In this document: one piece after another, positions 11,982 through 22,161 of the stretch
Layout of the letters: each line of letters begins with the position of its first letter
How positions within the stretch are numbered: position 1 is the stretch's first letter
From: Macrostomum lignano
Taxonomy: Eukaryota
Direction of reading: 5' to 3'
Assembly (NCBI GenBank): GCA_002269645.1
Contig: NIVC01003132.1
Span: 1 to 53,026, forward strand
DNA: 53,026 nucleotides
Notes under the pieces: model-generated
What the model was told of the DNA's origin: nothing
The model's input: the letters and a program-made list of their open reading frames with translations, nothing else
The model's database searches: none
Program-made: the position numbers and the translations under genes

Positions 11982-12190
11982 GGCACAGCAGGTCAGCGGT
12001 AGCGCATCGCCAGACTCGATCTCCGAAGACCCCGGGTTCGATTCCCTGCGCTGCCGCCGGCCCCCCTTAACTTGGGGTTCGCGGCCTGCCGGGAGCGCAT
12101 GGCCATGTGCGTGCTTAGGGGTCTGCAGTTGGGCTGTGGGTCCACCGTCTCCCTTGATTTGCGGGCAGCGCCTAAAGCCGCATAGAAACT
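11982..12190 (+). mobile_element. tRNA-derived SINE-like element (second family)
   Basis: A-box-like ggtcagcggtagcgc and B-box GGTTCGATTCC at 12035-12045. No complete cloverleaf. Confidence 0.45.
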
Positions 12191-12490
12191 AGAATATCAC
12201 CATGGCTACAGGTGCAGCAGCCGCATAGCAACTAGAATATCACCATTGATACGGGTGCACCAGCCGCATAGCAACTAGAATATCACCATGGCTACGGGTG
12301 CACCAGCCGCATAGCAACTAGAATATCACCATGGATACGGGTGCACCAGCCGCATAGCAACTAGAATCATGGCTACAGGTGCAGCAGCCGCATAGCAACT
12401 AGAATATCACCATGGATACGGGTGCACCAGCCGCATAGCAACTAGAATCATGGATACAGGTGCACCAGCCGCATAGCAACTAGAATACAT
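12178..12490. repeat. ~43-bp minisatellite (catagcaactagaatatcaccatggatacgggtgcaccagccg), ~7 units
   Basis: Direct periodicity. Confidence 0.9.
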
Positions 12491-13411
12491 GCAACCCACT
12501 TCAGCCAAAGCTGCTCAAAGTCTGCTGAGCTCAGATTTCATAGAAAAAAAAACACGCGCAAAAACAAGTGAATTTGCCAGAGGAGACAGCAAAATACTTT
12601 GCATACAAAGGATAAATAATATATTTTTATTCTAGAAGATTTCGGATAAATATTTGCTAGAGCTTAGAAAAAAATTCCTGGTGAATTTGGGTTAAAATTG
12701 GTGCAGCAGCCAATGACGCAAAACAGTCAATGCTAATCCTGCAGATAGGAATTAACATTTTTTACCCCAATGAACTTTGCGGCCTGTCAAAGCTGAGGTT
12801 GCTAGGAGGGACGGGATCTAATAAATAAACTAATAAATCAGTATAGTCTACTATACTAGAATGATGAGTAGCATATGCCGCGCAGAGAGACGAGGAAAAA
12901 ATTTGTCATATTTCGCAAATTTAGCACTAAAAATTTCACAACAATTAAAATATGAAACAGAAAATAGGCGAGCTTGGGACGGAGGCGTGAGAGCGACAGA
13001 GCGGATTTAAGCAGCTAAAAACACGGCACAGATAAATTTGAATTCACAGCCAACTTCAATAAATGAGAAGTTAAAGTTTTATTTGTAAAAAATCAACATT
13101 TAAAACGAATTTCAAGTAGACTCAACTAAGGACAAACTCTGCTTTAGCCTTGCCAATGAGAATGAATTGGGTTATTAACTAAGGACGGATAGTGGAATAA
13201 ATATTGGCATAGCTGAACACAAATTCGATAAGAATTGAGGCTTGCCAAACGCTTCATTGATGCACTCGGTGAGACAGTCAGGCCCCCCTGCAGACTTACC
13301 GGCTCTCTCTCTTTCTCTCTACTGTTCGAAAGAAAGTGTTCCAACCATGCCGCGCAGATTCAGAGTGGGCGGGGGCAGCCGGTCCTTGGCCAGCAAGTCT
13401 TCGCTCGAATT

Positions 13412-13869
13412 TTATTTCCGGCCCCAGAAGGCCTCCTGCCGCTGCCTGGCCCGCTCCAGGGTCTGCGAGCCCAGGCTGATGGTGGAGCTGCTCACCAGCG
13501 AGGCCGTGTCGCTGAAGAAGCCGTCGCTGAACTGCGTGTCGTCCAGCGGCGCCGGCTGCTGCTGCTGCTGCGGCGGCGGCGGCGTGGCTGCCGACAGCTC
13601 CGAGCCGTTCACGCGGGGCTCGTCGCGACGGCGCTGAATGGCTGCCTTCTGCTGCTGCGGCGCCCTCGGAGACAGCGTCAGCGGGGTGTCGTGGCTGGCC
13701 GTCTCGTCCACCAGCGGCGCCACGTCGCGCGTCGGCAGGCCGGCCGGCGGCAGCTCGGCGGGAGACCGCTGGCGGCCGGGCTGGCGGCGGCCGGCGGCGC
13801 GCAGCAGCTGGCGCGACTCGCGGATCATCCGGCCGACCGGCTTGCGGCCGCCGAGTGGCCGGCCGAGAT
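13412..13869 (-). CDS. MDM1: MDM1 homolog exon 5 (C-terminus ...SQTLERARQRQEAFWGRK*)
   Basis: Acceptor cccgcAG (phase 1) after a 67-bp intron. The C-terminus resembles the human MDM1 end QTLARAKKRKENFWGK as recalled. Confidence 0.85.
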
Positions 13870-13936
13870 CTGCGGGTGCGGATAGTCTGCACTACTGACA
13901 AGTCCATAATGGAATCGCCCCAGAGAAATTCCTCAC

Positions 13937-14483
13937 CCTCGGCATCGTCCAGCATCTGCTCGCCATCGCTATCGGCAGCCGCAACCTGAACGGCGGCTTC
14001 GTCGTCGTCGATCTCCGGCTGTCCGTCGTTGCCGACTTGGGCGTCGGGCCGTCCGACCAGCACGCCGCCGAAGTTCGGCGTAGTTCTGTCGTAGTGGTGC
14101 CTGACGAAGCCCTGGCGGGCGCTGTCCCGGACGCGCGGCGTGCCGTAGCGCCCGACTGTCTCGCTCTCCGGCAGGCGGCGCCGGACGACGGCATCGGCAG
14201 CGGCGCCCGCGCCGGTGGCGCTGCGAGCTCGGCGCCTACGCCGAATCTTCTGCCGCTGGTCCCGGCGCCGCTGGTATTTCTCGCCGTAGTCGTCGCCGTT
14301 GCCGTCGTCGTCGAGCTCGACGTCGTCGCCGTCATCGGGCGATGCGGCGGCGAGGTCCTCCGGGTCGCTGGCCCAGGCGGCCTGTGGGTGCTGCGCCGGG
14401 GCCGTGCGAGGCCGCTCGTTGTTGTCGTCGGCGGAACGGGCGGAGTCCGGCGGCTGCCAGGCGTCTAAGTTCGGAGCGTACAC
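13937..14483 (-). CDS. MDM1: MDM1 homolog exon 4
   Basis: Acceptor caatccAG (phase 0), donor G|GTGAGG (phase 1). GRYGTPRVR...RHHYDRTTPNFGGVLV resembles MDM1 GRLPTPKL...RTHHDLTTPAVGGAVL. Confidence 0.85.
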
Positions 14484-14614
14484 CTGGATTGCGGTGATGG
14501 GGTTGCGGTGGGGAGGTCACAGTGAGGTCACAATGATAAAGTCACGATGATACTAATACCAAGGGTAACTAAGGGTGACCGGTCCCGATGATCTGCAAGC
14601 ACTGAGAGCCTCAC

Positions 14615-15211
14615 TTGAGCCAGGTGCTGCCTTGAGAAATGAGTCCCGTGGGCGCGCAGCCGGTACTGAGCGGCCCGCTGTCGCAGCTCGCGCGCCTCCC
14701 GCAGGCGGCGCTGCCAGTCGGTTTCGCCTCCGTTGGCGGCGGCCTCGCCGAAGGCGCGGTGGTACTCGCTTTCGAGAGGCCCGTAGCTGCCCAGCGGGAA
14801 GGACATCCGCTGCGGGTTCAGTGTCTCCGCAGGCTTGAACTCCCGGCCGGCCACCTTCACCTTGGGCGGCTGCGGACCGGCCACCGTTTGCTGCTGCTGG
14901 GTTGTCATCGACTTCCTTGACGGCACGAGGCCAACGGCTGGGGACCGGACATCCGGCTGCTTGTACCGGAACTGCCGCCTGTACTCAGTAGTCACAGGAA
15001 CTGCCACCGGCTTCGAACCCGGGCCGCCCGTCTGCGTGCTGACTGCGGCTGCTGCTTTCTTGGCCTTAGCAGCAGCTGCCGAGTTCACAACGTCCAGGTG
15101 GGAGCGGTGGGCCGCCTTCCGGTTCTCTGCCAGCGCCGCCCGCTGCCGCTCGCGACGGCGCTGATGCTCGGAGGCTTCGGCGGCAGCGGCTGCGGCGGCG
15201 GCGTAGCTCAA
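14615..15211 (-). CDS. MDM1: MDM1 homolog exon 3
   Basis: Phase 0/0 with canonical sites. Motifs TTEYRRQF and ESEYHRAF, and ARELRQRAAQYRLRAHGTHFSRQHLAQ, resembling MDM1 ELREKAEFYRKRVQGTHFSRDHLNQ. Confidence 0.88.
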
Positions 15212-15404
15212 CTGGAGGGCGGTTGGGGATTGAGTAGTTTGAGCTTCGCTGTCAAGCAGCTGGTTGAACTCGAGTAATTGAGCTCAAGATTATTGCGATC
15301 GTCCAATCAAACTCGGAAAATTTGAGGTCGCGAGTGTCAGAAGCCAGCCTGACCGCTCCGCCAAGTTTAGCGGTAGGGGAAGAGTCGAGTCGGGACAAAA
15401 AGAA

Positions 15405-15615
15405 GCCAAAGAAGCCACCCCTCACCTGTGAGACATCCCCCCACCCCTCACCTGGTGAGGCATCCTCCCACCCCTCACCTGGTGAGGCATCCCCCCCATC
15501 CCTCACCTGGTGAGGCATCTCCCACCCCTCACCTGGTGAGGCATCTCCCACCCCACACCTGGTGAGGCATCCCCCCACCCCTCACCTGGTGAGGCATCCC
15601 CCCATCCCTCACCTG
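15405..15615. repeat. 26-28-bp tandem repeat of the exon 2/intron 2 junction (CAG|GTGAGG), 8 donor copies
   Basis: cacctg at 15423, 15449, 15476, 15504, 15530, 15556, 15583 and 15610. Confidence 0.9.
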
Positions 15616-16093
15616 GTACTCGCTCGCCTTAGTCGGTTTGTTGCCCTGGGGCCGTTTGGCATCGGCGAGGCCCAGCTGGCGCTTCTTGGCGTAGTCGGGG
15701 TCGCGCACGGCGTACGGATCCGCCTCCAGGTCCCTGTAGAACGGCGGCGTCTTTGGCCGCTGGTACAGCGGCTCGACAGCGGCCGGCGGCTCAGCTGCCC
15801 CACCGCCGCCTTCGCCGCGCCTCATCAGGGCCTCAGCTTCCAGGCGTCGGGACTCCCGGCGGGCTTTGGCCAGCTGAACCTCCAGCTCCTTGGTTGAGAC
15901 GGACGCTTCGGCTGGCGCGGCGGCCTCCTGACTGCGGTGACGGCGCCGGCGGTGATGGCGCTTTGCCGGCTGCTGCTGATGCTGCTGCTTCTCCCTCTGC
16001 TTCCGCTGCCGGTCCGGCATGGTCAGCTGCCGCTTCACTTCGCGCGGCGTCTCCGGCGTCGCCACCGGCGGCTCGTCGTCGTCAGTGAAGAAG

Positions 16094-16127
<34 letters not shown>

Positions 16128-16218
16128 TCACGGCGGGTTTCTGTACGGCCTCTGCGCCGCCTTTCTGTTGCAGGCGCAGCTTGCGGTCGCGCTGGCGCTG
16201 CTCCTGCTCGAGCTTCTC
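15613..16218 (-). CDS. MDM1: MDM1 homolog exon 2
   Basis: Acceptor ctcctgcAG, donor CAG|GTGAGG, phase 0/0, GC-rich coding style. Ends KASEYQ and joins LSY. Confidence 0.82.
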
Positions 16219-16581
16219 CTGCAGGAGCAACAGACACGTGGCATGTCACAGCACAGCGCTTTTGACACTGAAGTTATCTTAGACAAATAGTGGCACCTCC
16301 ACGATCGCATGAGGGCTGCGGGAACCCTTGGCACAACGCAATCGGTCACATCATCTCACAGCCAATGCTGACGGCAACTCTGCCCAATTCCGCTGATTTC
16401 TGAGCACATGCAAGCGCGCCAACACTGTACGCAGGCACACGCTCAAACAGGGTGTACAGCAGCCTTGACTTTCTAATTGTCAGGCCATCGTGGATGTGAA
16501 ACGCATGACAACCCCGGGCCAATGTTTCGTGCACAAAAGCCTCAAATGAATGTTTAAGCATACTGAATCGAACCAGGGATC

Positions 16582-17440
16582 ATGGAGACACGAGAGTCAG
16601 ACGTGTGGAGACACGAGAGTCAGACGTGTGGAGACACGAGAGTCAGACGTGTGGAGACAAGAGAGTCAGATGTGTGGAGACAAGAGAGTCAGACGTGTGG
16701 AGACAAGAGAGTCAGACGTGTGGAGACACGACAGTCAGACGTGTGGAGACACGAGAGTCAGACTTGTGGAGACACGAGAGTCAGACGTGTGGAGACACGA
16801 GAGTCAGACGTGTTGAGACACGAGAGTCAGACGTGTTGAGACACGAGAGTCAGACGTGTTGAGACACGAGAGTCAGACGTGTTGAGACACGAGAGTCAGA
16901 CGTGTGGAGACACGAGAGTCAGACTCAGACTTGTGAAGACACGAGAGTCAGACGTGTGGAGACACGAGAGTCAGACGTGTTGAGACACGAGAGTCAGACG
17001 TGTTGAGACACGAGAGTCAGACGTGTGGAGACACAAGAGTCAGACTTGTGGAGACACGAGAGTCAGACGTGTGGAGACACGAGAGTCAGACTTGTGGAGA
17101 CACGAGAGTCAGACTTGTGGAGACACGAGAGTCAGACTTGTGGAGACACGAGAGTCAGACGTGTGGAGACACGAGAGTCAGACTTGTGGAGACACGAGAG
17201 TCAGACGTGTTGAGACACGAGAGTCAGACGTGTTGAGACACGAGAGTCAGACGTGTTGAGACACGAGAGTCAGACGTGTGGAGACACAAGAGTCAGACTT
17301 GTGGAGACACGAGAGTCAGACGTGTGGAGACACGAGAGTCAGACTTGTGGAGACACGAGAGTCAGACTTGTTGAGACACGAGAGTCAGACTTGTGGAGAC
17401 ACGAGAGTCAGGCGTGTGGAGACACGAGAGTCAGACTTGT
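16582..17440. repeat. 23-bp minisatellite (gagacacgagagtcagacgtgtg), ~37 units, MDM1 intron 1
   Basis: Direct periodicity. Confidence 0.97.
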
Positions 17441-17457
17441 TTAACAAAGCAACAGAC

Positions 17458-17820
17458 CTGCTCGCGCTGAGCTGCCAGGCTGAGGCTGCGCATCTTGTGC
17501 GCCTCCTTGGCGTAGTTGGGGTGCGCCTGCGATGGCGCGAACTTATCTGACTTTTGCCCGGCCAAAAGGAAGCTGTCCTCGGTGGGGGTCTCCGGCACGC
17601 CCAGCTTCACGCTGTCCTGGACGTGTTCGACGCGTTTCCTGCGCTGCAGCGGCGGCTCCATGACGTTGTAGCGACGCAGCGACTCAATGCCCGCGGTGGG
17701 CCGGAGCTGCTCGCCACTCGGGAAGAAGCTGGCGCTCTTGTTGGACTCGTTCCACTTGTAGCTGCGGTCGTACTCGGATGCGCCGGCGAAACGGGCGGCT
17801 GGGCGGGACGCTTCGAGCAT
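17458..17820 (-). CDS. MDM1: MDM1 homolog first coding exon (MLEASRPAARFAGASEYDRSYKW...)
   Basis: ATG at 17820, donor CAG|GTCTGT. RFAGASEYDRSYKW and AGIESL...EPPLQRRKRV resemble the MDM1 N-terminus RFKGLSEYQRNFLW...AGLRSD...EPSFISKRRV. Confidence 0.85.
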
Positions 17821-19654
17821 GGCTTGGTGGGGCTGCAGAATCAGTATGGGGAAGAAAGTAGTCACTGTGCTATTATATCTGGCCAATGACTGCTAAATTG
17901 AAGCTATGCTGCTGAAACTCTAGTTAAATAATACTATCTAGTTGTCTCTACACTCATTTACATGCATATAGCAGCTGTTTATGAACACATTGTAGCAGCT
18001 AAGAAACTATTTTAGGAATTTATGACCTACAAGGCTAAAAATCTTAAAGGCCTAGATCTAAAAACTAAATTTTATACAATAGGAGATAATAATAATAACT
18101 GATACACCTGTCCCACTTGGACCAGATGTGCAACAAACAGCTTAGCTGCAGCTACTGTACAGTGCAACTAAAGGCTGCTTGTTGTTGTTAAATGGGGTGG
18201 GAAGCCGGGAGCTACCTGTGGATTAGCCCTAAGAGGGGCTCTGCTGCTGAGGGGCACTACCAGGGGCATATAGCTTGAGATACCCCAAGATTGGACCCTG
18301 ACATCTGGGCCAGAAGAATCTGCCAACCCAAACCTATGGACTAAGACACCACCAACCCAAAAGTGGAATCAGGGATGGTGTTCTAATTATAAAATGCATA
18401 CTAAGAAAAGTGCACAAGAAATATTCAATGGAAGATTGCAAACCTATGTACAATATCAACAATTGCAACACTTTTGTTCTAAAAAACCATCAAAGTTAAC
18501 TAAAACTTAACTTAAATATTTTGGCAGACCTCAAAATAAAAGCTAGAAACTTTCAAGCTTTTTTACTTAATTAATATATATTTCTAATTCTAATTGAAAT
18601 GATATCAAACAAAGGGTCTTGGCTTGTCACCAAAGTTACTTTTGCTTATGAAATGACTATTACTGAAATTCTTAACACCAAAACAACTAAAAAACTAATC
18701 CATAGCTGGATACTTATAATATTTATTATCAACCAATCAATTATCAAAATGGATGACAATTATAATAAACCCACTACAACTACAGCTGGTCCAGTGGGGT
18801 GTTAAAATTCAACCAAGTCACTGGCAAAAGAAACTGAATTAGAAAAAATGCAAAGGACACTGTTGCAGTAATTAATTAGAGATAAGAAACTTAGGTTTAG
18901 ATTCGGCAAAAATACAATACTAGTAATTAGTAAATGCGACTAAAATGTGACTTTAAAATTTTTGTTTCCTAGATATTTGACATGACGCGACTATACAAAT
19001 AAAACAATTTTTAAGCTTAATTAGTTTTTCACGCAATAAAAAAAGAAAACAAAGGCCGTTTTTGTACTAAAAGCTTTATTTAAAAACATAGAAAAAGTTT
19101 TGCATAGCGCTTTGCTAAGATTCCGTCGCTAAACGGAATCTAAGCTGCAAGGGCCTAGGCCTACCGTCATGATGCATGTCTAAAACTAACTAACAAGAAA
19201 CCCACAGCAGAAAGAGAGTCCTACGGGTGCTAAACGTTTCGCGCTGACTTATATGTACTACCGAATTCAACTTCTATTATTTCAACCCTTTTTGACTTTT
19301 GACTCTCCTCTCCGTGGTGGTGGGTTCCATCCATCCGTTATTCCGACCCTCTCAGTCTCATGTCGGTGCTACTGTGTAACAGAGAACAAGAAGCAGTACG
19401 CAAAATGATATTTTTTGTACTGCTATTATTATTATTTATTATTATTAATTCGAGCTAGCGGCCTACTACAAAATTTTCATTAATAAATTAAACTAAATTT
19501 TATCGCATATATATTTTAGTGATTGTATTAGTGATCTTTTTAGTGATTGCTTAATTTAATGCAGCGCCTTGTGAATTACTATTAAATATTTATTATTTTA
19601 TACTAATATTAAGTTACTAGATTTATTATAATATTAGATTCTATGGTATAATAA

Positions 19655-20330
19655 TGGGAGGCCGTAGTAGCCCAGCAGTCTAGCACAGGCTCTGGTGTGC
19701 CAGCGACCCAGGCTCGATTCCAAGTGCATTCACATTAATTTGGGGCTGAATTGGAATCTCGGCTTATCTCTGCTAGTGCAATTAATGGCCTTAAGAGCCA
19801 ACCCCCCAAGGCACAGTAAAGTGTACATGCCTTACGATTAAATAAAGTTAGGGCTGCTGTACACTCCTGTGTGGGCAATGGCTAGAGTTCCAGCACTGGA
19901 ACCCATTTTCTAACTGCTATGGATCCGGCAGTGATATTCCAGTAGTGCAATTTATTGGTATAGTATAGCAGAAACATTTTAATTTTTTAATGGGTTGTTG
20001 ATATTGGATTTAGTTCAAGATAAGATCAAAACGAAACGATGAGATTCAAAACAAGATAGGGCCTACTTCTAATGTTCAAAGACTTCATTAGTAGATAACT
20101 ACCTGCAGAAGACTGCCGGATCCATAGCCATTAGAAAACAGGTTCCGGTGCTGGAACTCTAGCCATTACCTCCTATGTAAGTGTATGTCTGCGTATATAT
20201 CCGTGTCCGTGTCTGTGTGCTTGTATGCCTGCTCAGGGGAGTTGGCGGAATGGGCAGTAATGCCTCTCACCAGTTGTGTGCCTATGTCGCTTAAAGTATG
20301 CCAGGGTATACACAACCCCTTGCCTCTAAT
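19655..20330 (+). mobile_element. tRNA-derived SINE copy interrupted by a MITE
   Basis: Head tagcccagcagtcta...ggctcgattcc. The body matches the 6180-6500 copy up to 19873 and resumes after ~20200. Confidence 0.7.
19874..20170. mobile_element. MITE, 297 bp, 59-bp TIRs, degenerate 9-bp TSD (Mutator-like)
   Basis: TIR ggcaatggctagagttccagcac... at 19874-19932 versus its inverse at 20112-20170. Flanks tcctgtgtg / tcctatgta. Confidence 0.85.
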
Positions 20331-21749
20331 AAAAAATGGTATAATTATGGGGATTGAAATGTTTCTACTAGTTTCAATTGAATAGGGGGCCAGGGGAGGG
20401 CTTAGTTCTAAACAGAATTTAATTGCTTTTAAAGACATAGTTAAAGAAGCTAAAGATAAAATAATAATTGTTACTAATAATATAGTTTTACCTAGGACTA
20501 GACCTAGTCCTAGACCTAGACACTATATTGATACAATAGTTTGGGTAATATGAAATAGACTGCATATTTAGACCTAACATATTGATATTAATTCTTACTA
20601 CTTAGACTTTGGCCCTAGCTAAGACTTTATAGCAGTAAATCATTTCATGTTTTATTTTATGTTTTTACTTATATGACTATATCTTATGCTGCTTATAGGC
20701 CCTAATTAGATTACTAGCCTAGTATATTATTTGTTTTTTTTCATAGAAGTTTAAGTTTAAAAAATTGCCTTGCCTAGTTTATATCTAAAAAAACTGACAT
20801 TGTTGCCTTAATTTTATAATACAAAATGATCTTTGTGAACTTTTAGATTTAATCTATTAAATTTACAATTAGCTTAGACCTATTATTAATACTTTACAAC
20901 TAGGCCTATTTAATATTTGATAGAATGATATAATATACTTAGCCTAAACTAAGGTTAATAATGGGACCAATCTATCTATCTTTACTATGTTTCTAAGATC
21001 TTAAATTTACCAAGAATAGTTTGTCTATATGTTCATATATTAATTTTAACAAAAATGGCTTGATCAATTTTTGTGAAACTTGTACTCTTCATATAATAGT
21101 ATTTAGTATATATGTCATAGCTAAGAAATTGCTCAATGTTCAAGGGATTAAATCATTGAAAATCATGCTTTTTGCAAGCATTAATAGACTTATTCAGTTT
21201 TAAATTCATTATAACAAATGTTAGAAAAAATTCATTAGGCTAAATTCTAATTCTAGTAAAGTAAAGATCATAGTATACTAGGCTCTTTATTTATTTTTAT
21301 TTATTGGCTAAATTATATGTTCTTGTAAACTTAGATAGAGACTAATACTGATTATCTGATTAATTGAATATGTTATGATTGCTTCATATGACTTATTCTA
21401 ACTAACTTAGTATAAATATTGAAATATCAGTGCTACAATTTATGTTATCAAATTGATAGGAGCTAGACTAGATGTGAATAGACTGAATTGCTAATGTAAC
21501 AACCTTGGATCAAATCTTAGTAATGTAAAATTTCTTTATTAAAGGCTTTTATTAATGTTGGAATTAAAAAGTGGTATGTTAAACTACAAAGTAGTATTAT
21601 ATCATATCAAGCATATAAAATGTTATGTTAAAAATAAAATTAGCATCATGTCTAGCATAAAAAAACTATTATATCAAATATAAAATATTCATTAGGAATT
21701 GGTAAGATATTAATGCTTGGCAAAATCGCAAATTGCCACAATTCTGTGA

Positions 21750-22020
21750 CTTTTAAAGAGAATTACTTAGGTACCAAAGCTTATAGGGGATTGCTAATAT
21801 GTCAATGATTACAAAGGAAGTTTTTGAAATGTCAAGGCTTTTAGGGGAATGGCTAAGATATCAATAGTTATAGAGGGATTGCTAAAATGTCAAGGCTAAG
21901 GAAGAATTGCTAAGAAGTCACAACTTGCAAGGGAAATCACAGAGATATCAAGTCTTATAGGGGGCAATTTCTTAAATGTTAAGGCTCATGGAGAAAATTG
22001 CTAAGATATCAAGGTTAAAA
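21750..22020. repeat. Degenerate ~29-bp minisatellite (gggattgctaagatatcaaggct...), abutting the MULE left TIR
   Basis: Recurring ttgctaa/tatcaagg motifs. Confidence 0.6.
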
Positions 22021-22161
22021 AATGTTATTTTCGCCTTTGTTGGCTATCCAAGTCTTTGTCATTGGTAATTTTACCCAAAAAAGATTATTCAAAATTGAAA
22101 AAGGAATGATTTAAAGAAAGGCAGTGCTTATCCCCACGGTACCGTAGGAATAATTTCTGCC

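Noticed and set aside
11982-12060. Possible tRNA genes (also near 6440-6500, 19655-19725, 29530-29585)
   Set aside because: B-boxes are present but the acceptor and anticodon stems do not pair. Treated as SINE heads.
13235-16290. Plus-strand GC-rich ORFs opposite MDM1
   Set aside because: Antisense shadows of GC-rich exons, with no recognisable motifs.
18080-18480. Possible decayed retrotransposon gag knuckle (WCSNYKMHT...YSMEDCK)
   Set aside because: It needs a frameshift and assumed H->Y reversions, which is too speculative without a profile search.
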